Numbered from the stretch's first letter, positions 13,762-27,469 are shown. The stretch is 64,000 nucleotides of DNA from Octopus sinensis (GCF_006345805.1 NC_043018.1:26970001-27034000); one strand, 5' to 3'. The notes: generated from the letters alone by a model not told the origin. Made by a program: numbers and translations.

Positions 13762-15120
13762 ACACCGAGTAAAAAAAAAATTTAGTTATCTCTCTCTTTC
13801 ACACAATTACTCTCTCTGTCTCTTCACACACACTAACAGGGCTTGATGATTGGGGTGGCATTTGAGAGGGTTTCCAGGGAAACAGGTTTGTGGTTAGGAA
13901 CCCGAGGATGTACCTCATGAAACACGTGTTGCCAAGAATAAAACACAAATTATTTATGTATTTTTTTGGTATACAACCTGCCATTAAACCCTTTCTTATA
14001 AAAAATAGTTGAAGAATCTGGGGTGTAGGAATTTAACTTTCTTGCTCTCTATCTTAAGATCTCCAAATTTAAGAATCTTGTGGTTAAGCTGGGCTCTTAT
14101 TATTTACTCTGACTCTGCCACCACCTCAATACAAAGACTATCAATATCAGAATCATCTTCACAACCAATACTGAGACATCCTAACATAATCATGCCACTA
14201 CCTCTATCATCATCATTATCATCATCATCCCTTCCGCCACCACCACACCACCACCAACTGCCCATGATAAACCACATCTAACCAACATCACACAACACCA
14301 TTGCCACCCACCATGCCATGATGGAGACATCACACTTAGATACTACTTTCACTTTCTCGTGGTCTTTGAGTCCATTTTATCTAATCTGTCTCTCTCTAAA
14401 AGATGCAACCAAGTGATAAATAGAATGCGAATGTGAGAAGATGGATGTGAGCAGAAAGAGAGTAAGTTCCATTCCAGTTTACAACAATTATAGAATTATT
14501 CTCAAACCATAAATGAAGGGTGGAGAGGAGTGAAGGAGGAGTCATGTTTCCTCCGAGAGGTACAGAAGTATTATTACACTGTTGTTAGAATAGCTGTGGA
14601 AAATGTAAGTTGAAATCAAATTTGATGCTAAATTCTTTATAGTCATGTTCCCAAGTAAAAAACATAATCAATTTGAACAGTCTGAGTAAAATAACTACTT
14701 TCTTGAATTATTAATCAGGTGTTTGGATCAACAAAATTATGAGATAAAGGTGAGAAGGTCAGTAGAGTGTCTATCTGCTTGTAACTATGTAGACACTTAA
14801 AATAATGAGTGAAAGCATGATATACATTACTAAGTCATACTCGCTTGCAGGCAGTCACTATGATTTTTTTTATCTGCTTATATATATGCAATGAAGCATT
14901 GATGTTTCATTGTATATTTGGACATAACATTAATTCTTCGTCGTCAAACTGTCCAACCCATGCCAGCATGAAACATGGATGTTAAATGATGTTGACTACA
15001 TGATGACACTTCACATTATTGAAACATTGGGAATAAGAACTAGATCATCTGATGATGTTAACACATGACAGAGTGGCTTCCTCTCCATGTAGCAAGGAAG
15101 ATTTTAATTGATATGTTTCT

Positions 15121-15310
15121 CCTTTTAGCATTTAAACCGGCCATATCTGGCCCAAATATTCTACCTGTTTTATGTTCAAACCGGTCAGGCCTGGCCTCTA
15201 GAAAGTCAATCTAAAAATAAGCAATCAGATCAATTAAATCTCAAGGCTACAGGTAATGCATGATTAATTCAAAGCAATGTGAATAAACAATCTGAATGTT
15301 AAGGAGTTAA
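15121..15310. mobile_element. Degenerate piggyBac-like MITE (second copy of 18569-18790)
   Basis: CCTTTTAGCATTTAAACCGGCCATATC...AATATTCTACCTGTTTTATGTTCAAA is shared with 18569-18790 and the segment ends in TTAA. Confidence 0.7.
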
Positions 15311-15319
15311 GATGAAACA

Positions 15320-15690
15320 AGAATTGAACACTGGTTTTTAACAGTGATATCAGAGATCTTTTAAATTGAATTACATCACTTTTAATATTAAAACAAACTA
15401 CTGTAACAATGTTAAACAAAATAATTGCATTCTTATTTGAACTAAAATCCATCATTCTCAGTATCATAAATAAAGGTGCCAGTCGCACCTCAGTGCTTAC
15501 ATGTTTGTCTTGTCTAATAAATGGAAGATTACTGAACATAAGACACTTGGGTCACTCAGCCAAGTTTCATCTGAGCATATATGTGAAAGTTCTGGAAATT
15601 TGTGACCTTTTTGTATTTCAAATAATGTGCAAGTCTGAGAATAATATACATTGTTGGATACAGACATACAACTAAACTTATATATTTTAG
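15320..15690 (-). pseudogene. Possible decayed hAT (Charlie/SPIN-type) transposase fragment
   Basis: Minus-strand peptide FEIQKGHKFPELSHICSDETWLSDPSVLCSVIFHL resembles the KG..FPEL.D..WL.DL.FL.DI..HL segment of hAT transposases; judged by eye only. Confidence 0.35.
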
Positions 15691-16296
15691 ATTTTCTCAA
15701 AAAGTCTAACAATTGCTGACTAATATAACTAGCTTCTCTATTACTGCCTGTGTCTCTCCTCTCTTTTTGTTATTCTATCTACAGATAGGTTTGTATGTGT
15801 AGTTCTTATATATACACATTCATACATTACCTCTTTTACTTGTTTCAGTTATTGAACTGTGGCACCACCTTGAAAGGTTTAGTGAAACTAATTGCGCCCA
15901 CTACATATTTTTAAGTTTGTTATTTATCAGTGTCGTTTGCTAAACTGTGAAGTTGCAAGGACATAAACAAAACAACACCAATTGTTAATTTGGGATAGGG
16001 ACAAACACAAAGACATTGTCTATGATGCTACTGGATCAACTAAAATATGTTACCCCCTACTATATTATTGAATAGTTTTCTCCTATTTGTTATACTAACT
16101 ACACCCTCACACACACAAATACATTTTTTGTAAGGTGGTTGGTGTTAAATCCAGACACAGAAACTTATGTTGCAAAGAGAAAGTATGAACAAAATGTAGT
16201 CCTGCAACTCAGTTGGGATTGGAGGTGGAGGTACTGGCTCAGTTCTGCCCAACTAATGCCAGCATAGAAAAGTGATGATAATGCGGATCATGAATA

Positions 16297-16690
16297 TCAT
16301 CACCATCGTTTAATGTCCGTTTTATGCTAGCATGGGTTGGACGGTTCAACCGGGATCTGGGAAGCCAGAAGGCTGCACCAGCTCCAGTCTGATCTGGCAG
16401 TGTTTCTACAGCTGGATGCCCTTCATAATGCCAACCACTCCGTGAGTAGTGTGGGTACTTTTTACGTGCCACTGGCACAGGTGCCAGGTGAGGCTGGCAA
16501 TGGCCACGATTGGATTGGTGGTTTTTACATGCCACCAGCATGGAAGCCAGTGAAGGCGGCGCTGGCATTGGCCACATCTGGACGGTGCTTTTGACATGCC
16601 ACCGGCACAGGGATCACAACTACAATTTCCATTGATTTTTGATGTTGATGTACTTGACTCAATAGGTTTCCTCAAGCACAGGGTCGAATA
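16297..16690 (-). mobile_element. RTE LINE 3' UTR fragment
   Basis: Reverse complement of 13400-13745, including the tail and the internal GCCAGTGGCACGTAAAAAG repeats. Confidence 0.88.
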
Positions 16691-16714
16691 TATATTTTTA
16701 ATATTTTTTTGCAA

Positions 16715-17180
16715 ACAACATGCAGATGCAAGTGTTACCTGTTGAAAGCTCTGCATACCAGATGCTAGCAATTTTATGGGGCCATTAGGAGAGAATACCT
16801 GCCATTTCTGGACCTATCCCTTGACAGCATCATTGGGCACTCCTCACTGAAATGAGACCCTGCTTGCTAGATCAACTGGTCATCAGGTTTCACTCAATAT
16901 TCTTCTAGCCATTGCTCATTGTTGCTTTCTAACCAAATCCAGTGGTTTGCCTTTTCCAGTGTAGTTTGGATATTACTCCTAGTGGTATTTGCTTTGCGAT
17001 GAATTAAGTCAATGATGGCAATAGTCACTTCACACTGAGTCCAACAAACCCTCTACATCCAACTTTGATTGAAAAATGCTCTGCTTTCCAGCCTGTGTCT
17101 TCACATTCCTCTAGGAGGTTTTCATAACAGCCAATCTTTTGAGCTCGAGCGGCATCCATGTTATCTTCATGAGGAACTCA
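16715..17180 (-). mobile_element. HERO-like non-LTR retrotransposon 3' fragment (restriction-like endonuclease C-terminus)
   Basis: Minus strand translates VPHEDNMDAARAQKIGCYENLLEECEDTGWKAEHFSIKVGCRGFVG...EKANHWIWL, matching the ELxVPxE..ERK..Y..L...C...GW....xEVGCRGF...WxW pattern. Confidence 0.75.
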
Positions 17181-17259
17181 ACTAGATTTACCATTTTCTT
17201 TCTTTTACGCCATATTATCATATATATATATATATACACACACACACATGTATATATAC

Positions 17260-17315
<56 letters not shown>

Positions 17316-17661
17316 GATCATCATCATCATCACTTTTTGGTCCTGGCATCTGTTTGGCAAGACTGAGTTAGTTCTTATTGACATTTACTTCCCCATTCTG
17401 CCTACCCCAACTATATTTTGGAGTTGACTACTTCAAGTTTCTTATTTCTTTGCATCCATCAATTAATGATATATAGTATATCTTGTATATAATATAACAT
17501 ACATATATCAAAACAGGAGATAAGAAAAAATTTTTGGTATTATTTATTCACCATTACACATGTTTCATTTACTAATAGGGGTTACAAAATTGTATTTAAC
17601 AGAGAAACATGTAAGATATCTTCTGTTAGAAAGTCTTCAGACAGAAAATTAGAGAGTATTA

Positions 17662-19118
17662 TCATGCTGAGTAAAAAGTAAGCAACGTTTTGAAACATGA
17701 AATTCATCACAATATATTTCAGCAATGTGGAAATTTTATTCATCAAAGTAAGTACCATTACAATCAACACATTTGTGCCAATGAGTTACAAGTTTGTTTA
17801 TTCTGGTAACATAAAAATCTGGAGTTCTGGAGCTGATGAACTCCTTGAACACAGTTTCAGTATCAGTTTGATTTTTGAACTCCTCTTTCAGGAAACCATC
17901 AAGGTGCTTGAAAAAGTGGTAGTCGGTAGGAAAAAGGTCTGGGGAATAAGCTGGGTGGAGAAGAAATTCATAGCCAAGTTCCTTCAACTTTTGGAGCATC
18001 ATTAGTGAAATTTATGGTCGAGCATTGTTATGAAGAATGATTGGCCCTCTTCTGTTGACCAGTCTGCGACAGAGGATTAGCGGTTTTTCTTTCATTTTGG
18101 CAATTTCATGACAATATGTTTCTGCAGTAATGTTTTTTCCAGATTTCAAAAAGTTATAATGGATGATTCCAAAAGTACACCACCAAGCAGTCACCATAAC
18201 CTTCTTTTTGAAGAGCTTGGGTTTAGGGAAGGTTTTTGGTGCTTCATTTTGCTCCAGCCACTGCAAAGAACGTTTTTTATTGTACAGAATCCACTTTTCA
18301 TTGCAAGTTACAATATGGTCAAGAAATGAATTGGTCTGGTTGCGGAGAAGAAGCAATAAGCATTTTCTGATTTTCATTCAAATTTGTCGAGCTTTTTTGA
18401 TTTTCTGATTGCATGAAAATGGTTGCAGGCAGTTTTCTGACTAACTTGAAGTTCTTTTGCCAGTTCTCAAGTGGTTTTATATGGATCTTTCTCAATGACA
18501 GTCTCTACTTGACAGTCATCGATGACAGATGGGCGTCCATAATGCTCACAATCTGTAAAATCATTTAACCCTTTAGCATTTAAACCGGCCATATCCGGCC
18601 AAAAATATTCTACCTGTTTTATGTTCAAACTAGCCATATCTGGTCTCTCACACCAACCCTACAATATTGTTTAAAAAAATTAACAGCTACCTCATCAAAA
18701 TCTCAAAGCTACAAGATAATGCATGATTAGTTCAAAACAATGTTGATAAAAAAGGATTAATTTTGGCAGAATAATGCAAACACTAAAGGGTTAAACCATT
18801 TTCAAGCTGACCTCTCACTGGTCATTTCCCCACCAAATGTTTCATTGATATCATGAACAGTTTTAGCTGCTTTACATCCTTTTTTGAAGTTGAATTGCAA
18901 AACTGCTCAAATATCGCACTTTCACAGTTCCCTTTCAGATGATTGTAAGAATGGGGAAAAAAATATATAAATGTTAATTTATTGATGCATTTGGGTAAGT
19001 TTATATCTGTATTATCAGACAACTGCAAAAAAATGTTTAACAAAAATTCAAAACCCTGCAAAAATCTGGTACAAATTCTTCATGGTTCAAAACGTTGCTT
19101 ATTTTTTATTCAATCTGA
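17662..19118 (-). mobile_element. Full-length decayed mariner (DD34D) transposon with a MITE insertion
   Basis: ~40-bp TIRs (TA-TCATGCTGAGTAAAAAGTAAGCAACGTTTTGAAACATGAA and its inverse at 19079-19118) with TA TSDs; transposase motifs IVTCNEKWILY, KVMVTAWW, ILHNNARP, HPAYSPDLFPTDYHFF; about 1.23 kb after removing the MITE. Confidence 0.9.
18569..18790. mobile_element. piggyBac-like MITE
   Basis: TTAA TSD (18565-18568 and 18791-18794) flanking TIRs CCCTTTAG...CTAAAGGG; splits the mariner transposase. Confidence 0.88.
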
Positions 19119-19986
19119 TAATTGATTCGCTGTCTGAGGAGTTTTTAATAAGAGATATTTTATCATTTTCTCTTACATGTATAATATTCTAACTCGTACT
19201 AGCAAATGAAACATGTGCAATGGTGAATAAATAATACTAAAAATATTTTCCACTCTACTGTTTTGATGCGTAATTACTCTGCAAATATTATTTTCCAATA
19301 TTTTTCTACTCTTATACATACCTCACACAATTATAACATCTACATACAATATTGGCATACTGGAATATACAGGTGTGCTTCACGAGGACACGGCTTCGAT
19401 TACAACCCTATCTACATACTATATATGTGTTTATATATATATATATATATATATATGCATGCATACATATGTACAGAAAGACTGATAGAAGGCACAGGCA
19501 CGTAGTTCCCTTCTTAAACATATGGTTTTGAGTTCAGTCCCAGTGCATGGCAACTTCGCCAAGTATCAATTATGATAGCCAAGATTGACCAAATCCTTGT
19601 GAGTGAATTTGATAGATGGAACCTGTAATAAATCTATCTATATAATATGTGTGTATATCTGTTTATGTTTGTGCTCTATAAAAGTTGCAAGCTACAAGGT
19701 TTGCTGTTGTCATTTCTCTGGTTGACAAATTGTCTGCTTACTTCAAGCCTTTCAAGACATGTGTAATTAAGAGATTCCTTATTTAAAACACAGTCAAGTG
19801 TTAATGACAGGAAAGGCATCTGGTTGTGAAAGAATACTTCAATCATTTTTTCATTTAAAACATACTTGACTCGAGAAAAACATGTAAATCAAACAAGACA
19901 TATTCAAATACATACATGTATTTGATGATATTTATATGTATATATACATATGATATATGTATATATGATTGAAATATATATGTGTG

Positions 19987-20017
<31 letters not shown>

Positions 20018-22267
20018 AATTATTTTCTTGTTAATTAATGATTCCTATCAATATAAGTATTCCTCCACTACATGTCTACTATTACATGTCTTAAAAAAGA
20101 AACAAAAATCTCATTGTTTTGGACGAATGATTCAACCATTATGAAACCAAAGATTTTTTACTGTTGTTTCTGAAGGCAGCTGTGCACCTCCCCAACCCCC
20201 CACCCATCCCACTTTACATGACACATTCACTTGGATTCTTTTATTTATTCTGATCTCCCACCCAAAGAATATTCATCCTAATAATTTCCATGACTTTTGT
20301 TTCGGGTGAACTTCTACTTAGAAGGAAATTCCATTTATGCATGTATGCATACAATTACACCGAGAAAAGTCATTTAACATTGTCTTTACATTTGGATGTT
20401 TATCATTAAAAAATGTTTTGAAACCTAGAATTGTTTCTTCTTTTATTAATTTCAGTCAGTGTGCTATGGCCATGCTCAGGCACTGTCTTTGGGTGTCTTT
20501 CATTGATCCTATCAATATTAGAGATAATTTCAAACATAGGGCAGCGTCCCATTTTAACGATGCCTGTTCATTGAAAGTAACCTTTGATAGCCTAGTATAC
20601 TAGAGCAGTAAACATGTAAATGAACACACACACATACACACAAACACATCTTGCGGGCTTCTTCATAGAATCATTCTCCCAATTTGACTCACATGACATT
20701 GATCAACCTAAGACTACAGTAAAAGACAACCCAGAAACCCATGGGTGTGAAGCAAATCTTTCAACCACAGCCCCCTTTATCCAGCCAAATTGTTCAAATA
20801 AAACATGGGAAAAAAAATCCTAACACCCACTACTATTCCTGTGAATTAGTAAGCTGTAAACTATATCAAACTGAGCCCACATCATCATCTTTAACATGTC
20901 TCACAGCTAGAACCCTTTTACTAAATATTTTAGCCAATCATTTATCTCCAGAATGGCAGCTTCTACATGGAATCACATTCTCATCAGACATTAATTTACA
21001 CAAGTTGAAAAAAGACATCATCTACATTCACATTAACAGTTTAGGAAAGCCTACAGATGTTCTCTTGCTCACACTTTATATTAATACAAATAAGAATTTT
21101 TAACAAAGTACATAGCCAAAAATTTTATAGGAGGAAATAATGTCAACTATATTGACCCACCCCTGGTCTTGGGGTTGGGGTGGTGGCATTGGAGGTTGTA
21201 GTAATGGTTGTAGTGGTAGTTGTGAAGATGATTCTGATATTGATAGTCTTTGCATTGAGGTGGTGGCAGAGTCAGAGTAAATAATAAGAGCCCAGTTAAC
21301 ACAAGATTCTTAAATTTCGGAGATCATAAGATAGAGAGCAAGAAGTTAAAAGTTCCAATACTGTCCCAATTCCTACACCCCAGATTCTTCAACTATTTTA
21401 TAAGAAAGGGGTTAATGGCAGGATAGGGATTCAGCTTTAAAATAAATTGTATAACAAAAAATACATAAATAAATTACTGCTCCAACGATGTAATTTTAGT
21501 ATGTGTGTATGTATGTATGTGTGTGTGTGTATGTATGTATGTATGGATCAAAACAGTTTGATTCAAATTCTGTGGTACTTATATATTCATACATATACAT
21601 GTAGATGTATATAACATATATATATATTGTATGTAAACATCTTTTATAAATATATATAATTCATGCATCTATAATACACACACATTATAAATATATACAC
21701 ATATATGCATATGCATTAGAATATGTGTGTATAGGTGTATATATATATATATGCATATGTTTGTATACATGTGTGTGTGTGTATAAAAATAAATATAAGC
21801 ATAACCAAGGCAAACAATGGAAAATAATTTAAACACTCATTTTATATATACTCAGGATCTACACAAATTTTATATATACTCCACGAAGTTCAAAAGGTAA
21901 AAATCCGGTATTTTAAATTTTTGTTGCATTTCTAATCTTTCTGATGTCTAAGGATGGATATTTATGCGTATGAATCTTTTTCTTTTTATTTTGTTTCAAA
22001 TATAATTCTAGGGAACTGAAAAACTGCGTACGATTACGATGAGCCAAGCCAATGTTTACATTTTGACAAATGGCTTTCCACGTCACAGATAACACTACGC
22101 AGATAATAAGTTCACATAAATACAGACAATATGATTGGCTAAAATTCGCAGTTTTAATCTACGATTAAAGTCATAAAATAGATTTTTCTCAAATAAACTA
22201 GTTCTAACTGGTGTCTTGTTTTGAGACACTCTATGAGTACACGAAGTTTCAAATTATTTAGTTAACT

Positions 22268-22415
22268 AGAAAGATCTGGGGTCCTGGCCACGATATTGAA
22301 AAGTAGAAAGATCTGGGGTCCTGGCCACGATATTGAAAAGTAGAAAGATCTGGGGTCCTGGCCACGATATTGAAAAGTAGAAAGATCTGGGGTCCTGGCC
22401 ACGATATTGAAAAGA
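22268..22415. repeat. 37-bp minisatellite, ~4 copies
   Basis: AGAAAGATCTGGGGTCCTGGCCACGATATTGAAAAGT starts at 22268, 22305, 22342 and 22379. Confidence 0.95.
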
Positions 22416-22429
22416 TCCAAATAGAGTAA

Positions 22430-22457
<28 letters not shown>

Positions 22458-22461
<4 letters not shown>

Positions 22462-22649
22462 TTTACTTGTTTCAGTCATTTGACTGCGGCCATGCAGGAG
22501 CACCGCCCTTTAGCCGAACAAATCGACCCCAGGAATTATTCTTTGTAATAAGCCTAGTACTTATTCTATCGGTCCCTTTTGCCGAACCGCTAAGTGACGG
22601 GGACGTAAACACACCAGCATCGGTTGTCAAGCGATGCTGGGGGACAAAT

Positions 22650-22690
<41 letters not shown>

Positions 22691-22832
22691 CGACGTGCTT
22701 CTTTCAGTTTCCCTCTACCAAATCCACACACAAGGCTTTGGTCGGCCCGAATCTATAGTAGAAGACACGATCCCAAGGTGCTACGCAGTGGGACTGAACC
22801 TGGAACCATGTGGTTGGTAAGCAAGCTACTTA
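22458..22832 (-). mobile_element. SINE family A, near full-length
   Basis: Reverse complement of 42095-42545 with an internal (CA)n/(TA)n tract. Confidence 0.9.
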
Positions 22833-22966
22833 TTGAATTAGGTACATATTTTGCCATAAAAGGAAAATGTTGCTATCGATTTATTTTATTCAAGGTAGGC
22901 ACTGCCTACCTTCCCTACCAAGGCGGCACGTCTCTCATACATATACACATATGTGTGTATATAGTG

Positions 22967-22997
<31 letters not shown>

Positions 22998-23004
22998 TGT
23001 ATGT

Positions 23005-23810
23005 ATAGGAGTGGCTGTGTGGTAAGTAGCTTGCTTACGAACCACATGGTTCCGGGTTCAATTCCCACTGCGTGGCACCTGCGTGGCACCGTGTCTTCTG
23101 CATGAAGCAAATATATTGCTTTCTTTATGACGGTCGTTTTCATGATAGTGCAAATAATTTTTGTACTCCTGTGAAATATTGAGCAATAAATTTAAGACGC
23201 AATACAGATTAACAATACAGGTGAGAAGTGCATTAATTACAAACACTTTCCTTATTGTAAGGTAAAAGACCATAAATTTTATCGTACAGGAGTTAAAGTG
23301 CATCACTACCAATGTCTTCTGTATTGCAGTCTTGTTATAAAAACACCGCCCTCTACAGCCACGATTTATATATGCAACCTCCACCCCACCATAAATGGTG
23401 GTGGTGCGTGATATAAGGCCTATCTAGCTGTTTTTTTTACACATCTCTCGACCAGGGTGCAAGCAGCAGAACACAGCGTATAATATATTCGTCAACACGT
23501 TTTATCTCACCGACAAAAGAGTTCTCATGTTTCAGCTTGTTACTTTGGAAACAGGCATGAATGTGTGTGTGGCATACATATATATATGTATGTATGTGTG
23601 TGTCTGTGTTTCTATGTATGTGTGTGTCTGTGTTTCTATGTCTGTGTTTGTCCCCCTAACATCGCTTGACAACCGATGCGGTTCGGCAAAAGAGCAAGAT
23701 AGAATAAGTACTAGGCTTACAAAGAATAAGTCCCAGGGTCGATTTGCTCGACTAAAGGCGGTGCTCCAGCATGGCCACAGTCAAATGACCGAAACAAGTG
23801 AAAGAGTAAA
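23005..23810 (+). mobile_element. SINE family A pieces: head (23005-23101) and 3' half (23640-23810) separated by an unclassified repeat
   Basis: AGGAGTGGCTGTGTGGTAAG head and ...GACCGAAACAAGTGAAAGAG tail. The intervening 23292-23362 also occurs inverted at 63930-64000. Confidence 0.75.
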
Positions 23811-23811
23811 C

Positions 23812-23849
<38 letters not shown>

Positions 23850-24267
23850 TTACCAATTTTAAACATAACAGTCCAGCTATCATTGTTTATGATAGACAGC
23901 AAAAGGTATGTATCGTTATCGTGGAAGTCATCTGACCTGTTGGCATTAATATCACTTTGAAAATGAATATGAAATCCAGGTATAGCGGTTGCTGTACCTA
24001 GATCATACATTCCCATTTAGGCCAATAATAATTGATGCACTTGATTTCGTGAGTGAATGCCTTAGTGACAATGTGGAAAATAAATCAACCACCTAACACG
24101 CGATTTACATATAGAATCTGTAAGTGGAACAGTAAAAATATGCGAAACTTTTCTCAAATTAAGAATGTGACATTGTCCTTGTTATCTACACGCTCCTTCC
24201 TTTCAAGTTTTCAAATAATTAAAAATAGAAGAGAACAAACAATTCGTGCATACATGCATCACATAAA

Positions 24268-24438
24268 TTGCCGACGTACATACATATATATATACATACA
24301 CATACACACATACATACATACATACATACATACATACATACATACATACTACATACATACACACACACATACATACATACATACATACACACACATACAT
24401 ACACACATACATGCATACATACATATATACACACACAC

Positions 24439-24471
<33 letters not shown>

Positions 24472-24680
24472 CGCACATACATACATACATACATATATAC
24501 ATACATACACACATACACACATACACACATACATACATACATACATACATAACTTACATACATTATATTACATACTCAAACATTCATTAATACATTGATA
24601 CATACATACATACATACATACATACATACATACATACATACTACATACATACATACATTCATACATACATACATACGTAG
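24268..24680. repeat. Compound (CATA)n/(CA)n microsatellite
   Basis: Directly visible; source of the YIHT/MYVC pseudo-ORFs. Confidence 0.95.
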
Positions 24681-24697
24681 GTATGTATGTATTTTTG

Positions 24698-24855
24698 GTG
24701 AAGGCACATGGCTCAGTGGTTAGAGCGTCAGGCTGACAATCATTAGATAGTGAGTTCGATTCCTGGACCCGGCTGTGTGTTGTGTTCTTGAGCAAGACAC
24801 TTTATTTCACGTTGCTCCAGTTCACTCAGCTGTAGAAATGAGTTGTGATGTCCTT
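24698..24855 (+). mobile_element. tRNA-derived SINE family B, 5' part
   Basis: GGCTCAGTGGTTAGAGC (A box), GAGTTCGATTCC (B box), then TTGAGCAAGACACTT...TTGCTCCAG as in 48742-49062. Confidence 0.8.
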
Positions 24856-26477
24856 GGTCTACTGCTGAAAGTGAAAAGAAGACGTGCATGCAAAGAAAAA
24901 GTGTTATTGAAAGTCTATGTGAGAGTCTTATGCACGTGCAAAAGTTCATAGAGAATGCAGGGTTTGTACGTGAGGACGAGACGAAAAGTGTGTGTGTGTC
25001 GAAAAGGTTGCATGTGCGGGCTTCAGTATTTTCTTCCAGTTAGTTTCTGGGCATGTAGCTGTCAAAATGTTGCGCTTATAGGCTTTCATGGTCGGCGAAT
25101 TCCTTGTGCGTCGGCAGTGTTGTATTGTTGTGAAGTGCATCGTAGATTGCATCACAATATAGTGCCTTTTGTAGTAGGTCGGATGGAGCATCTTGGTTGT
25201 GACGAATGTTGTCATTCTTTTTCGTTTGGTTCAGCGACTGTTGATATTCCAGTCCTTTAGTTCGAATCAGCAAAATGCAGCAGCATCTAGCATTAGAAGG
25301 TAGTAATTCTCTTTACACGGGTTCACCAAGTTGTAAGCGATGAAGTTTTATTTTGTAGCGATGCCTGTTATGGTGCAAGTTGGGGTTGCCAGTTTGTAAC
25401 GGTTGGTTCTTGGGAAGGCTACAATGCTCTTGTTCGGGGTCACCAGTTGTGACGATAAAGTTTTTGTTGTTGAAGTCGTGGGTCACCAGTTGTAGCGGGA
25501 AAAATTGATTAGTAAACAATATTATGAAATGTCGGAGTCAGTAGTTGTAACGATAAAAATTTGTTATTATAATTGCATACTGTAGGATGTGAAAGATGAA
25601 TGCATGAAGTTTTAAGGAAATATTTATTTACCGTTACGTTAAATACCTTGCCTCGACGAGCAGGTTATGATAAGTCCAAAAGCATGCGAAAGAAAGTTTG
25701 ATGTAGTAGAATATTTTTTTGCATAGTTTGGCGTACACAAATTGTTAGTAGTAATCTACAGATAGCGATATATAATGTTGTAAGAGAACAGAATTAGAGC
25801 TAGTGAAAGTTGTAGGGTTGTGGAACGTTGTCTCACAGTTGCTGATAGTAAATTTCATTTCTCTCGCTGACCATAGTCTTTAGAAGCTGCATTCCTTGTG
25901 ATCATGATTCTAGCAGTCCGTTCCCTAACTAATTGAGTCGTCACGAGCCGCCTCGCTCAGTTGTCGCCAAGTGACTACTTGGTTGAGTCGTCACCGACTG
26001 ATTTTTGCTTGGGGTGTTCTTGCTTTTATAACTATCCAGAAAGATAGATATATCATTGAGAACAATAGATTTAGTTGGTGGTTTTGTTATCTATATTCTA
26101 GCTCTTGGTGGAGTAGAAGAGGTTAGAAAGGGTCAAGTGGTGAAGATATTATTTCGGCCTAACAAAAGGCAATCTGGTGAATGTCAAACTGCTGTCACAG
26201 AAAAACCAATGTTCCACCGAGGGAAAAGTTCTGTTGTAGTGTTAATATAAATTTGGCTATGGTGGATCGAATCCACTTCATGCATGCAAGATCCACTACA
26301 CACACATTCGGGCGTATCTAGCTAGCTACATACATACATACATACATACATACATACATACATACATACGTACGTACGTACGTACATACATACGTACGTA
26401 CGTACGTACGTACATACATACATACATACATACATACATGCATACATACATACATACATACATACATACATACATAC

Positions 26478-26917
26478 ATGATGATGGCTGCCCCCTCGTT
26501 ATCGAGTATGGCCATTGCACGAAGCTTAACTGCTGTTGGTGCTGTGACCGAATGTGACTTTTATTTGCTTTTTAAGGCTACAGCCAGCCATTCAACTGAG
26601 ACTCACAGCACTATCAACAATCATGAACAATGTTGTTATCGTGCAATGCCTGTGCAAGAAGATTTTTTTAAAAGTGAGGAAAGGCTGTACACTGAGTCAA
26701 TCCCACTCACTAAGCAACAGCAGCCATAATCCGAAAAGAAGATCAAGTCAACATCATCGGTAACCACTGAGCCGCAGTTTATGTCGAAGTGATCCCAGTT
26801 ACCCGAGTTACCTTCTCCTGTTGCATGGTCGGGCTGTCGGCGACTAAACCGGCAACCCTACCAAGCTTGCTTGGTGAGGAGGATGTTTATTGAATACCCT
26901 GCGGGATGAAAAACAAA
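26478..26917 (+). mobile_element. Unclassified ~440-bp interspersed element embedded in (CATA)n
   Basis: Complex, non-coding sequence flanked on both sides by (CATA)n in the same orientation; identity not established. Confidence 0.45.
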
Positions 26918-27194
26918 ACATACATACATACATACATACATACATACATACATACATACATACATACATACATACATACATACATACGTTATCAACATTC
27001 AGCCCTTTGTCTAGTCTCGATTACTTTAATGGCGGAAGGTAATAAAACAGTAATTAAATCGCTCTGAAAAGCAATAAAAATGCGTGTATTACATGTAAAT
27101 CTTTTTTATTACGCAGGGTGACATGATACAGGTGCCGGAAACTAGAACGTCTCGCCAAAACGAAGACACCATATAAACGTTATGTAAACAACTG

Positions 27195-27257
<63 letters not shown>

Positions 27258-27427
27258 GAAATATGCCTACAAAATAGGTGGAGTGAATAATGCGTCGTAG
27301 AAAATGTATTGTTATTGGTTATAGTGATGAATTAAATTTCATTGAATGATCAACGTGGTTAAAGAACAACAGTAGATTGAGCATTATCTGAGGTTTTGGT
27401 TTGGTATACGTGACCAGGCACATTAAG

Positions 27428-27464
<37 letters not shown>

Positions 27465-27469
27465 TGATG

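Noticed and set aside
14400-14465. AG...GTAAGT-bounded segment as a coding exon
   Set aside because: Stop codons in all three frames; could only be non-coding, and there is no supporting evidence.
22268-22415. 37-bp repeats as a possible CRISPR array
   Set aside because: Units are directly adjacent with no spacers, there are no cas genes, and the context is eukaryotic.
24053-24598. Long HTYI/MYVC ORFs here and at 35047-35763, 52615-53817 and 57695-60004
   Set aside because: Products of (CA)n/(CATA)n/(TA)n repeats, which lack stop codons in several frames.
24946-25560. Possible LINE coding remnant on the minus strand with a recurring TACAACTGGTGA motif
   Set aside because: No diagnostic protein motif recognised; left unclassified.
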